DNA from: Escherichia phage JohannBuxtorf_Bas84 | Length of the DNA stretch: 44,189 bases | Sequence record: PQ850611.1 | Reading direction: 5' to 3' (one strand) | Part shown: positions 25,999 to 35,101 of the stretch, one piece after another | Position numbering within the stretch: the first letter of the stretch is position 1 | Layout: each line of letters starts with the position of its first letter | Program-made: the position numbers and the translations under genes | The notes under the pieces: model-generated | The model's input: the letters and a program-made list of their open reading frames with translations, nothing else | Told to the model about the DNA's origin: nothing | Database searches by the model: none

Positions 25999-26443
25999 GC
26001 TGCGGGTCCAGTGCGTAAAGTGGGATTTTCTTGTCGCTGGTCAGCACGCGTTTCAGTCGCTCTAATTCCTGCTCCCCTAGCGGACGTGAATCAGAATAGT
26101 AGCTGCCGTTTGCCCGCCACGCCATAAGCACCAGGTCTTTACGGTCGATCTTAGACTGGCGGCCTTTCGGGCGCACGTATTCCTCGGCCCGTTTGCAATG
26201 CTCGCGCAAACCTTCGGCAGTGATGCGGTTTAGGGCAACGCTGGTTGTATATCCGGTGCGCTGCATAATCCCCATCAATTCGAAAAGCAGTTCGAAGCGC
26301 TCCTCTAATTCCTTGCGCATCTTCTCCTCGCCTTCATAGCTTGCCAGGTAGGTATCAGCCAGCGCGTTCGCCCGTTCGGCTTGCTCTCGGGCTTCGAGGC
26401 ATTGCGCGGCCCAGTAATTTTTCTCTTCTTGTAAAATTTTCAT
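25985..26443 (-). CDS. hypothetical protein
   Basis: 152 aa; RBS GGAGA; charged helical N-terminal half; no recognised motif. Confidence 0.55.
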   Translation of the reverse strand: MKILQEEKNYWAAQCLEAREQAERANALADTYLASYEGEEKMRKELEERFELLFELMGIMQRTGYTTSVALNRITAEGLREHCKRAEEYVRPKGRQSKIDRKDLVLMAWRANGSYYSDSRPLGEQELERLKRVLTSDKKIPLYALDPQHDGE

Positions 26444-26460
26444 CGTGTTGTCTCCGGGTA

Positions 26461-26488
26461 TTAAAAAGGGCGTCCAAACCGGACACCC
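26461..26488 (-). terminator. minus-strand hairpin plus U5 between motif pair and RBS of 25985-26443
   Basis: stem gggtgtcc/ggacgccc (one G-U) with 5-nt loop followed on the minus strand by TTTTT; lies between TGCAACCAAT pair (26498-26524) and the RBS. Confidence 0.5.
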
Positions 26489-26524
26489 TCAATATAATGC
26501 AACCAATCTAATTATGCAACCAAT

Positions 26525-26848
26525 TTACGAATAAAAATTTGGGTCGCGTGCAACGTCTACCAGATACAGATTGCTGATTCGGTTGCCGTAGTGGCCTGGT
26601 GTTCGCTGGCGGCACACAACGGCGTAGCCTGGAGGAATTGTATTGCCGGTCGCGATAATCCACGCCACGCGTGCGCCAGACAGCGTCTTTCCGTTGCATT
26701 CGATACGTGTTCCGCCGTCGGCAGTATTGATGTTGCCAATCTTGCAGCCGGTGGACTTCAGACGAATGACGCCGGTTTTGCTGTCGTAGGAGAATAACTG
26801 GTTAGTCATTGCGACCGAAAAGTCGATGGCTTCGAATGTCGTATTCAT
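26525..26848 (-). CDS. HNH_3-like small protein (possibly degenerate HNH endonuclease)
   Basis: 107 aa; RBS GAGGA; segment ARVAWIIATGNTIPPGYAVVCRQRTPGHYGNRISNLYLVD resembles the HNH_3 core but the usual catalytic His position is not obvious. Confidence 0.4.
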   Translation of the reverse strand: MNTTFEAIDFSVAMTNQLFSYDSKTGVIRLKSTGCKIGNINTADGGTRIECNGKTLSGARVAWIIATGNTIPPGYAVVCRQRTPGHYGNRISNLYLVDVARDPNFYS

Positions 26849-27484
26849 TTTAAATTTTCCTCGTTAACCGCTATCGCGAAGCCGCGCGGAGTGAGCGACC
26901 GGATTAATTTTGTGCGGGCTGATTTGCCTCCGAGGCGACTATACTGCTTCGAGTACCCTTTTTCAACGAAAACGGGTTTCTTCTCTGGCATACGGAAGCC
27001 GTTGCCGGTCCATAAGCAGGTCAGCTTCGGATATGAATCGCGGGCGTTGATGTATTCCGGGAAGAGCGGGTGTACGTCATCCTCCGGCAGATATCCCCCA
27101 TACTCCCACGGGTCGAATGAGTGATCCGGTTTGCGCCACTGGGTGGATAGCACACTGCGCGGATTCTCAATCATATATGGCACTTCGAAGAAGTCACCCA
27201 GGTAAGCGGCGATCTTCGCGGTGCGCACCGCTCACTGCCAGATCCGTGCACGGAGGAAACGCATAGATGATATCTGGCGTACCGAAATCACCATTCATCG
27301 CACGGTCTACAAAGTCCAGATCGATAAACTCATTGCGATAGCGGATTCCGCGACCATAAATCCGGTAGTCAAGGTATGACCCGTGATCAGCTTCGGAGTA
27401 GTTGAAGCAATAACACTTATGCCCCATCTCGGCAGCACGCTCAATCATCAAGCCGCTGCCGTCAAACAATGACCAGATTATCAT
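26845..27484 (-). pseudogene. C5-cytosine DNA methyltransferase-like gene split by a frame disruption
   Basis: ORF 27194-27484 carries motif I-like LFDGSG and motif IV-like FPPCTDLAVSGA; ORF 26845-27228 (GTG start, other frame) carries motif VI-like ENP and C-terminal TPRGFAIAV; frames differ by +1 within 27197-27231. Confidence 0.5.
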
Positions 27485-28905
27485 TTGCGCGCCTTTTTAG
27501 CTTTCATGTATTCCATCAAGTCGTCCTGAATATCTCGCTTACTGTCGCGACGCTCGGCGACCAATTCGTCCAGTGTACCGCGCGCCTGGATAATGTAGAC
27601 GAATACCGGTCGAGGGTGTCCGGCCTGCATCTGGCGAACCGGCCCGATACGTTCAACGATCTGCGAAAAGTGCTCAAAGTTCCAGGTATCGGAGAATATT
27701 GCCAGGTGATGTCCGCCGTCCTGCAAGTTAAGGCCGTGGCCCGCCGATGCCGGGTGTGCAAACATGATGGGGATCTCGCCCCTGTTCCACGCTTCCATAT
27801 CCTTATTGCCCTGCTTACCTTTACCCAACGCAACGCCGTGCGGAAATTTCTTCTTAAGACGTGCCAGGTCATGCTTATACTGATACGCAACGAGCAACGG
27901 CGCGCCGTTCAACTCCTCCACGATACTTTCCAGCGCGTCCAGTTTGGCGTCGTGAATCTTCACCCACTCGTCGGTCCTTTCGCCGTCTTCGTCCACCTTA
28001 TACACAGCGCCGGAAGCAAGCTGAAGGCACTTAATTGTCTTCGATGCCGCGTTCGCCGCTTCCACAGTCCCGCTTTCCAGTTCGGCGAATAGCTCGCTTT
28101 CAAACTGGTCGTAAATCTTGCGGGCTTTCTTCGGCAGGTCCACAACAACAGGCGTATAGATTGGCTTGTCGCACCCGAAATATTCAGCCGCGTCAACGGT
28201 GAGGGATACATCTGACAGACGTTGTTGTATCTCTTTCTCGGAGTTCTTTAGCGGAGCGTGCTGCATAGTGAAGCTGCCAGGCTTAACAGGCTTGCTAATG
28301 AACCAGCGGTCGGTAAATGCCTTATAGCTACTGCCGAGGCGTTCGCCACCGTCGACAAACCACGTCTGACCCCATAAGTCTTTCAGCCCGTTGGGTGCGG
28401 GTGTGCCTGTAAGGTTAATCCAGCGCTTGACGTGTTTATGTGCAATCGCTGCTAGTGCGCGGGCGCGCTTGCTCCCCTGCGTGCTACGATAGCCTTTCAG
28501 CTTAGTGGATTCATCGGCAACAACGACCGTAAAGGGCCACGCATCGCCGTAATAGTCGACCAGCCACTCAACCACATCATAGTTAACACAAACCACGTTA
28601 GCATCGCTCTCAAGCGCTGCGATACGGTCCTTCTCCGGCCCAGTGCCGTCTACGACCAGCAGGGATGAGAACCGCCATTTCTCCTGCTCCGGGGGCCATG
28701 TACCTGACGCAACGCGCAGCGGGGCCAGCACCAGTACGCGGTCCTCATGATGGGACAGGACGCCAGTCTGGAACATTTTATTCAGCGCCCACATTGTCGC
28801 GCCGGTTTTTCCCGATCCCATTGTCGCCCAGATATTACATCGCTTATGCTTGAGGATGAACGCGGTTATCAACTTCTGATATTCGCGGCGTCGGAATCGT
28901 GCCAT
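27481..28905 (-). CDS. SNF2/DEAD-like superfamily 2 helicase
   Basis: 475 aa from ATG 28905 (MARFRRREYQ...); motif I GSGKT, motif II VVADESTK, motif VI-like QIVERIGPVRQ. Confidence 0.8.
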   Translation of the reverse strand: MARFRRREYQKLITAFILKHKRCNIWATMGSGKTGATMWALNKMFQTGVLSHHEDRVLVLAPLRVASGTWPPEQEKWRFSSLLVVDGTGPEKDRIAALESDANVVCVNYDVVEWLVDYYGDAWPFTVVVADESTKLKGYRSTQGSKRARALAAIAHKHVKRWINLTGTPAPNGLKDLWGQTWFVDGGERLGSSYKAFTDRWFISKPVKPGSFTMQHAPLKNSEKEIQQRLSDVSLTVDAAEYFGCDKPIYTPVVVDLPKKARKIYDQFESELFAELESGTVEAANAASKTIKCLQLASGAVYKVDEDGERTDEWVKIHDAKLDALESIVEELNGAPLLVAYQYKHDLARLKKKFPHGVALGKGKQGNKDMEAWNRGEIPIMFAHPASAGHGLNLQDGGHHLAIFSDTWNFEHFSQIVERIGPVRQMQAGHPRPVFVYIIQARGTLDELVAERRDSKRDIQDDLMEYMKAKKARK

Positions 28906-28909
28906 ATCT

Positions 28910-29134
28910 TTATTCCGCCTTTTTCCAGACTTCAGTTTCACTATCCCAGTTCCTCTTTGTGGCGTCGTAGTTGGTGGCGTGTCCGATGTGGGCACCGGTA
29001 GCCCGGAAGCTCTTAAACTTCTGCCAGCACACCGTCAACGGCAGCGGGTTGTTCATGCCAGAGATAAACCATACGCGATCGCCTGGTTTACATTCGCCCA
29101 GCTTGGTGAGTCGGTAATGTTCTTTCATCGTCAT
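28910..29134 (-). CDS. small hypothetical protein
   Basis: 74 aa; stop 4 nt upstream of helicase ATG. Confidence 0.45.
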   Translation of the reverse strand: MTMKEHYRLTKLGECKPGDRVWFISGMNNPLPLTVCWQKFKSFRATGAHIGHATNYDATKRNWDSETEVWKKAE

Positions 29135-29172
29135 GTCTCTCTAAAAATGGCGGGACAAGCCCGCCGTATTGA

Positions 29173-29352
29173 TTATTTTTGTTCTTGTTCTGCGCGATAG
29201 CGGCGCTGCCGTTCGCGCTCTTTCTTATTGCGGCATGACTTGCACTCGGCCCGATGCCCGTCCGGGCTGCGCGCAGTCTTACCGGTGTATTTGTGGAACT
29301 GAGACAGCGGCTTGATGCAGCCACAATTACTACAACGTTTTTCTTCAATCAT
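29173..29352 (-). CDS. small zinc-ribbon protein
   Basis: 59 aa from ATG with RBS AGGA; two CxxC-type pairs (CSNCGC ... CKSC) and basic C-terminus. Confidence 0.45.
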   Translation of the reverse strand: MIEEKRCSNCGCIKPLSQFHKYTGKTARSPDGHRAECKSCRNKKERERQRRYRAEQEQK

Positions 29353-29392
29353 TGCTAAAATCCTCGATATGGCTAACCGGCACACTATACCG

Positions 29393-29671
29393 CTACGCGA
29401 CCAATTCAGCAACCAATAAATCACAGTCGGCTATGTTGTCGATGACGCGAACGTCAGCACCGCGGCGGACCATTCGTTCATGTTCACGTACCTGGTGCGG
29501 CTTCGGTTTCCCACCTGGGCGCTTCACTTCGACGAACACTATTTTGCCGTTGATGATAATAATCAGGTCGGGCGCACCTGCGCGCCCCTCCCATGCCAGT
29601 TTTCGGCAGAATCCCCCAACGGCTTTAACCAGCTTCATCAGGTGACTTTGTATCTTGCCTTCGGGTGTCAT
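29393..29671 (-). CDS. VRR-NUC domain nuclease
   Basis: 92 aa; PDLIII...VFVEVKRPGGKP matches the PD-(D/E)XK core of VRR-NUC proteins. Confidence 0.7.
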   Translation of the reverse strand: MTPEGKIQSHLMKLVKAVGGFCRKLAWEGRAGAPDLIIIINGKIVFVEVKRPGGKPKPHQVREHERMVRRGADVRVIDNIADCDLLVAELVA

Positions 29672-29859
29672 TTAGTTTGCAATTCCACGTTACGCAGACG
29701 AAGGTCTACCGGTATATCCGATCGCCCGGTTAGCGCCAGCGCCAGGTTTTCAGGCGTGACAAGTGCCGTAATGGTCTTGCCACGTTCCAGTCTAATGACG
29801 ATTCGAATCTCGTCATTGTCCGCCGCGCCAGCGCGCATAATGCTCATTTCTGCTTTCAT
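29668..29859 (-). CDS. small hypothetical protein
   Basis: 63 aa from ATG with RBS AGGAAG, starting 2 nt after the polymerase stop. Confidence 0.4.
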   Translation of the reverse strand: MKAEMSIMRAGAADNDEIRIVIRLERGKTITALVTPENLALALTGRSDIPVDLRLRNVELQTK

Positions 29860-29863
29860 AATC

Positions 29864-32155
29864 TTACTTCCTATATCTATACATAATGTCGCCTTCGGCG
29901 GCAAGTGGGAAGCCTTTCGCCCAAATCGGCAGGTCACACATCAGCGCGCAAAGCTCCTCGGTGGTGTAGTCGTCGGTGTCCGGCACTTCGGTGATCAATT
30001 CATCGTGTACTGACAGGACGATTTCATAGCCCGCAGCTTCAACGCCAGGCATGGACCATGCGAGAATATCGCGGCACAACGCCTGTACGATGTTCTCCGT
30101 CAGTTTGCCGCCGTAGGTGTACTGGAATCCCCACTGACGAGTCGTCTGATTCTCGCCCTGGTATTTGATGCGGGTACTGGTGCGCTTCTTGCCGGTGTCC
30201 TCGTCAATCTCTGTCGTAACAGACAGCGCGATGCCGGGGTAGCTCATGATGCGCCCTGACGGCAACTCAATTTTCAACCACCACCCCGCGGCGTTCGGGT
30301 CGTCGCGCTCCTCGTCGAAGGTTGGGTCGTGCTTCGCCTTCGTGCGCACAATCTTGAGCGCTTTTCTACCGTCCGGGCGAACGTTCGCGCCAGCCCAGTA
30401 TGCTTTGCCCGGATTGCGGATTGCACACAACACCGCGTCCTCAAGCTCGGCCCAAAAGGCTACCGTCTTCGGGTGAGCCTCACGCCACATACGTTTGATT
30501 GCGTCACAAGTCAGCCATACGTTTTTCGGCAGTATGTATGTTGGGCGCTCGTCTTTCTTGCCTGGCTTCGGTGGGCGTTTCGCTTCGTTAATGCGGGCGT
30601 ACTCATAGCCGCGTTTCGCCGCCGCCCAAATGTGATCAGGGAACGTGCCCTTCATGACGTCAGCCATAGTGTAAAGGTCGAGGCCCAGGTTTTTAGCGAA
30701 CTGCAAGAACGCAGCCACGCCGCCGCCATAGCCAAGTCCCAACTCACACGCCTTACCAATCTGGCGTAGGTCTTTGCGGTTGGCTTTAATGTATTCCGGG
30801 TCAAGGCCGAACATCTTACCGGCAGTTTCACAATAAATATCGCGACCGGCCCTAAACACCATTAGCGCGGTTTTCTCACCAGCGATCCAGGCGAGGCCAC
30901 GCCCTTCCACGTTAGAGTAGTCCGCTACGACAAACTTCTTGCCCTTAGCCGGGATAATGCACCCGCGAACGGTCGAGGCTGTTAGCTTAGATATGTCATA
31001 CGCCCAGTGCGCGGTCCCGCGTAACAGGGAATTGATGCCGTTGGTGAGCATGTGCGACCGGACCCAAAAAGCAACGTCGCTCTCGCCTTCGCGGCGCTTA
31101 ATCTTCCCTTCGTGATCGTCGCTATACTCGCCGCGTGCCAGGTTTTGAGGCTGGAAGCCTTTACCAGCCCAGCGCAGCGTGCGCTTTGCGCCACCATACT
31201 GAAGACACCCACGGCGGCGACCATCTGCGGATAAGCCATTAACGAGCGGATTGTATTTAGTCGATGCCGTTGATGACGCGCCGAGGCGCATTTCGATCAG
31301 CGCTTTGCCTTCGTCGGGGAAGTCCGGGTCTTCAAGAAGGTCGTTAAGCGTGGATTTTTGCGCGTTGTGGATCGTGAATGCTGGCGCAATATCACGCAGG
31401 ATTGGCAGGAAGTCATGGCCGGTCAGCTTACCGCCAAATCGCTCCCAGGCTTCTTCCTTCAATTCTTCCTTATGCGCCTGCACCGCTTTGATCGCGGCGT
31501 TCGCCAGATCAACGTCAACGTAGAAGCCGCGGTCGTTAATCAACTGGTCGATGAGCAGGATTTCATCTTCCTTCGGAGTATTACCCCAGTCCGGTATGCG
31601 CCAGTAGACTTCACGCATGGCAACAATATCCAGCGCGGCATAGCGCAAGAATTTGGCCCATTCTTCAGGGTGAGTCTCGCGCGTGTAGCGGCGTATTTTG
31701 TAGGTCTTAGGGGTAGGCTTACAGAATCGTTTGATCAGCGCCTTGCCTGCCTTATCCTTCGCGTGCTCTGCGTCAACGCCCAGCACCTGACACTGCATAT
31801 CGAGGCTACCAGGCAGCGCGTGGCGAAAGGCCATAATCATTGTGTCTTCGATCTGGCTTACCGGCAGGTCAATACCCCACTTCTCGCGGATAACCAAGCG
31901 GTCAAACTGGAGGCCGTTAGCCATCACTATTTTTGCTTTCTTGCGGGATACATGGCGGAGCGCCTTGCGCAGTTCACGCGGCATTGTGGGGGATTCAGTG
32001 CAATCCCATGTCTGCACGCGGCCTTCGTCGATGGCGTAGGTGCAAATCATAATCTCGGTGGTTGGGTGCTCCGCGTAGGCGTACGCCCCAACTTTCTTCA
32101 GGTCCACCCCGCTAAATGTCTCGGTATCGAGAAACAGGCGTTCGAAGTCTTTCAT
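29864..32155 (-). CDS. DNA polymerase, family A, with 3'-5' exonuclease domain
   Basis: 763 aa; exo motif LFLDTETFS near N-terminus; C-terminal polymerase motif VLSVHDELITEV; ATGA coupling with upstream small ORF. Confidence 0.9.
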   Translation of the reverse strand: MKDFERLFLDTETFSGVDLKKVGAYAYAEHPTTEIMICTYAIDEGRVQTWDCTESPTMPRELRKALRHVSRKKAKIVMANGLQFDRLVIREKWGIDLPVSQIEDTMIMAFRHALPGSLDMQCQVLGVDAEHAKDKAGKALIKRFCKPTPKTYKIRRYTRETHPEEWAKFLRYAALDIVAMREVYWRIPDWGNTPKEDEILLIDQLINDRGFYVDVDLANAAIKAVQAHKEELKEEAWERFGGKLTGHDFLPILRDIAPAFTIHNAQKSTLNDLLEDPDFPDEGKALIEMRLGASSTASTKYNPLVNGLSADGRRRGCLQYGGAKRTLRWAGKGFQPQNLARGEYSDDHEGKIKRREGESDVAFWVRSHMLTNGINSLLRGTAHWAYDISKLTASTVRGCIIPAKGKKFVVADYSNVEGRGLAWIAGEKTALMVFRAGRDIYCETAGKMFGLDPEYIKANRKDLRQIGKACELGLGYGGGVAAFLQFAKNLGLDLYTMADVMKGTFPDHIWAAAKRGYEYARINEAKRPPKPGKKDERPTYILPKNVWLTCDAIKRMWREAHPKTVAFWAELEDAVLCAIRNPGKAYWAGANVRPDGRKALKIVRTKAKHDPTFDEERDDPNAAGWWLKIELPSGRIMSYPGIALSVTTEIDEDTGKKRTSTRIKYQGENQTTRQWGFQYTYGGKLTENIVQALCRDILAWSMPGVEAAGYEIVLSVHDELITEVPDTDDYTTEELCALMCDLPIWAKGFPLAAEGDIMYRYRK

Positions 32156-32322
32156 TGCTTTACCCTCACTACGGCGTCAGCGCTGCCGATCATGGAGAAG
32201 ATGCCGTCGGACAGGGCGATTTCTTCGCCGTTGTTGCGAATCTCGGCAACTGTGAAATATTCCCCCAGTAGCTTGGACCATACTTGCATTCCGACTTTTA
32301 CTTCGCTGGCTTTAATACGCAT
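32152..32322 (-). CDS. small hypothetical protein
   Basis: 56 aa (MRIKASEVKV...), RBS AGGA, stop overlaps polymerase ATG (ATGA). Confidence 0.35.
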   Translation of the reverse strand: MRIKASEVKVGMQVWSKLLGEYFTVAEIRNNGEEIALSDGIFSMIGSADAVVRVKQ

Positions 32323-32335
32323 TTTTCGTTGTCCT

Positions 32336-32361
32336 ATTAAAAAGCCCGCATTAAGCGGGCT
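32336..32361 (-). terminator. minus-strand intrinsic terminator/attenuator upstream of polymerase sub-operon
   Basis: stem agcccgc/gcgggct with 5-nt loop followed on minus strand by U5. Confidence 0.5.
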
Positions 32362-32380
32362 TGAATAGTGGGCTTTGCCC

Positions 32381-33157
32381 TTAACGGCGGCGACGTTTAC
32401 GTGGTGCTTCGTCTTCGTCGTCTTCGTCCTCATCTTCGTCATCGCGTGGTTTACGACGTTTACGTGGTGCTTCGTCTTCGTCGTCGCCATCGCGGCGCTT
32501 GGATTTCTTGGACTTGCGCGGCTTGTCATCATCATCGTCATCACGACGTTTTGACTTCTTAGCCTTGCGCGGTGCTTCGTCTTCGTCGTCGTTGTCCAGG
32601 TCTTCATCGGAGCAAGAAGACCCGCCACCGCCGAAGGCTTCACCGTCATCACGGAAGCGTAAACCCAGCAAGCCAGCACCGAGTCCCTTGCCGTTGGTGT
32701 TGTTCCACGCCCAAATATCAATGGACACGTTGCAATAACAACCAGAGTAGATCTCCTGGCCTTCGATCTCGTCGCCTTCAACGGTCAGACCTTGTTCCGT
32801 CTGCTTCTCGCCGAGTGACGTTTGAATGATCGGCTGTTTGAACGATTTGGCGTTGATGTACAACATGCCTTCGAATTCTTCGGTTACTTCGTCGCGCTCG
32901 TCACCGTCGCGAACTGCGCATTCCTTAGAATCCTGGGCGTAGTGGCGGTCCATCCACTTATCAGCATTCTTCTCGGATTTCAGCTTGTCGGTGAGCACTG
33001 CGCGCGCTGCCGCTTCCACTTTGTCCACCTGCGGATCTTCTTTATCCAGAAGAATCACGGCACGGTATGCCGGTTTTTGCCCATCCTGTTTAGGGGTATC
33101 ACGTTCCCAAATTTTCAGGAAACATACGCGCACATTTTTCAGGTTGACTTTCGCCAT
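32381..33157 (-). CDS. DUF2815-like protein (putative ssDNA-binding) with repetitive acidic/basic C-terminal tail
   Basis: 258 aa from ATG (MAKVNLKNVRV...) with RBS GAGGAA; adjacent to Cas4-like nuclease and DNA polymerase; C-terminal repeats of DDEDEAPRK(A/R)KK. Confidence 0.5.
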   Translation of the reverse strand: MAKVNLKNVRVCFLKIWERDTPKQDGQKPAYRAVILLDKEDPQVDKVEAAARAVLTDKLKSEKNADKWMDRHYAQDSKECAVRDGDERDEVTEEFEGMLYINAKSFKQPIIQTSLGEKQTEQGLTVEGDEIEGQEIYSGCYCNVSIDIWAWNNTNGKGLGAGLLGLRFRDDGEAFGGGGSSCSDEDLDNDDEDEAPRKAKKSKRRDDDDDDKPRKSKKSKRRDGDDEDEAPRKRRKPRDDEDEDEDDEDEAPRKRRRR

Positions 33158-33247
33158 TTTCCAATTCCTCATTTTCACATGTATCGGGGTTATTGTGAGC
33201 CACCCCGTACGGCTTGGTTGCTAATCTACTTGGTTGCGCCTAAGCGG

Positions 33248-33490
33248 TCAAGCATTTTCATTAAAAAGATTTCTGGTAACGTAGTTGGTAGCGTTCTCGA
33301 CCCAGCTTAATGGCGGGCGGTCGCCATGTCTCGCGATCCACGCCACGGCAATGGTGCTGTATCCATCGTCAAGCCATTGTGTTGGATGGCGAATCATCCA
33401 GGCCACCATTAACACGCCTTGCACGCAATGCAGGATAAAGCCCAGCGCTCCGAGCAAAAACATCAATAAGATTGCGAATACTTTATTCAT
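33248..33490 (-). CDS. small membrane protein
   Basis: 80 aa with two hydrophobic segments (FAILLMFLLGALGFILHCVQGVLMVAWMI ... IAVAWIA). Confidence 0.45.
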   Translation of the reverse strand: MNKVFAILLMFLLGALGFILHCVQGVLMVAWMIRHPTQWLDDGYSTIAVAWIARHGDRPPLSWVENATNYVTRNLFNENA

Positions 33491-34913
33491 TGCTTAAGTC
33501 CTCGTCAGTAGCTTCCGACCACGCAGGGCGCGGGTCGTCGATTGGTGCTAATACCGGTTTGGCCGGTGCGCGCGTGATTTTATCACACAATTTAGCCCAC
33601 ACTTTCGGCCTCTCGTCCTTCAGTACCTTCTCGGCATCGGTCGGGCTGAGCAATGTTTCTTTGTACATCACATCGCGCTTAATCCGAGCCTTAGTGAATA
33701 TTTCAATCACTTCGCTCTCGTCCGCCCACTTACGGATTCCTTCCTTACCGGCAACCATCTTGAGGCCCAGCGATTCGCCACCCCCAGCCATTACCGCTTT
33801 GAATACCGCGGACTCGATAGCTTTGATGTGCTGGCGCATTGCGTCCAGACCTTCATAAGCCTTGCGCAGTTCCGCCGCGCTCATAGCGCCTGGTGTGGAT
33901 TCCTTCGTGCCTCGTTTAGCACGTCGTGCAGCCTTCCGGGCTTCGCGGGCCATATTGCGATCGTGGTTGGCGCATTCTTCCTCGGTCGCCACGCTCACGT
34001 CGTCGCCCAGGTCTTCGTCGGTTGCCGTTGGTGGTGTCATAGTGTCGATTGCGGCCTTCGCCCGGACGCTGCACTGGTCCGCAAATCTGCACCACTGGCA
34101 CGCATCAACGCTCGGTCGGAAGTCGGCGCGGGTGAGTCCTTTTTTGCCGCGTTCGTACGCATCCAGTGCGATGACAGCGCGCTTGGACGCAAACTTCGCG
34201 AATATTTCCAGGGCTTCTACCGAAATATCCCACTCTGACGCCCCGCCGCAATACGGCTGGAAGATGACCAGGCGCACGGTCGTAATGTCGTACATGGTTT
34301 GCAGCTTGCGCAGCAGGCCGAGCGCGTACAACATAAGCTGTTTGTTTTCTTTCGCCTCGACCTTATGTCGACCAGTCTTCAGGTCGCCAACAATCAGCAT
34401 GTACGTGCCGTCGGTCTTCTTCATGACCATGACCATATCGGCAGTGCCGAACGTTTTAACCTTGTTACCGTCGATCTCGACGCCGGGGTGGAGAACGCGG
34501 GTGAGATCGGAGCGCATCTCAAGCTGGACAAACTCCGCCACTTCAAGGAGCGGTCGCCAGTGGTCGATGTACGCATCGCACTGCTTCACCATATCGTCGT
34601 TGACCAGTACGCCGCCTTTCGGTGCTTTCGGGTGCGCCTTTACCGGCCCCTTACCTTCGTTCTCGACGTAACACCCTTTGTACGTCTTAGCGGTTATCAG
34701 CTTCTCACCGGCGATAATACGGTTGAGCACGACTTCAGATACGGTGTGCATACTCGTACCGTTAATCGCCGCTTGCCCGGATTCGTTCGGGATACCCTGT
34801 TCTACTACCAGGGCGGCGGGGCAACCCATCCATTTTTTAGCACCGGATGGCCCGAGTAATGAATGTTCCGTATTACTACCGGATTGTGTTTTGCGCTTCG
34901 GTTTAATCGCCAT
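33483..34913 (-). CDS. PD-(D/E)XK Cas4/RecB-like exonuclease (DUF2800-like)
   Basis: 476 aa; RecB-type nuclease motifs GTADMVMV...GDLKTG; cysteines (N-terminal MGCPA and C-terminal CQWCRFADQC) consistent with an Fe-S cluster as in Cas4/AddB. Confidence 0.7.
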   Translation of the reverse strand: MAIKPKRKTQSGSNTEHSLLGPSGAKKWMGCPAALVVEQGIPNESGQAAINGTSMHTVSEVVLNRIIAGEKLITAKTYKGCYVENEGKGPVKAHPKAPKGGVLVNDDMVKQCDAYIDHWRPLLEVAEFVQLEMRSDLTRVLHPGVEIDGNKVKTFGTADMVMVMKKTDGTYMLIVGDLKTGRHKVEAKENKQLMLYALGLLRKLQTMYDITTVRLVIFQPYCGGASEWDISVEALEIFAKFASKRAVIALDAYERGKKGLTRADFRPSVDACQWCRFADQCSVRAKAAIDTMTPPTATDEDLGDDVSVATEEECANHDRNMAREARKAARRAKRGTKESTPGAMSAAELRKAYEGLDAMRQHIKAIESAVFKAVMAGGGESLGLKMVAGKEGIRKWADESEVIEIFTKARIKRDVMYKETLLSPTDAEKVLKDERPKVWAKLCDKITRAPAKPVLAPIDDPRPAWSEATDEDLSNE

Positions 34914-35101
34914 TATTCCACCCTTGAAAATTGAGCAATGTAATAATCGTGTTCAACATTGGCCCGCTTCGCGGCATTGTTCATGGTAGCCGCCAGTCCT
35001 CGAGCTTGCATCCAGCAGCAATTCCAGTTTTGATTCATAACAATTTCTGATTGCTCGTCGCCGGTAATACGGCAACGAAATAAAACAAAGAATATAGCCA
35101 T
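34913..35101 (-). CDS. small hypothetical protein
   Basis: 62 aa; ATG immediately after upstream stop (TAAATG); end abuts nuclease start. Confidence 0.35.
   Translation of the reverse strand: MAIFFVLFRCRITGDEQSEIVMNQNWNCCWMQARGLAATMNNAAKRANVEHDYYIAQFSRVE

Noticed and set aside
31358-32368. 336-aa plus-strand ORF overlapping DNA polymerase gene
   Set aside because: Antisense to the family A polymerase which carries clear catalytic motifs; no RBS; composition atypical.
32152-32781. 209-aa minus-strand ORF spanning small ORF and 3' end of DUF2815-like gene
   Set aside because: Generated by the repetitive GC-rich tail of the DUF2815-like gene in another frame; only its last 56 codons (32152-32322) have an RBS and coupling to the polymerase start.
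33862-34671. 269-aa plus-strand ORF (and 34299-34859, 33828-34238) overlapping the Cas4-like nuclease gene
   Set aside because: Antisense to a gene with recognisable nuclease and Fe-S motifs; Ser/Arg-rich translation.
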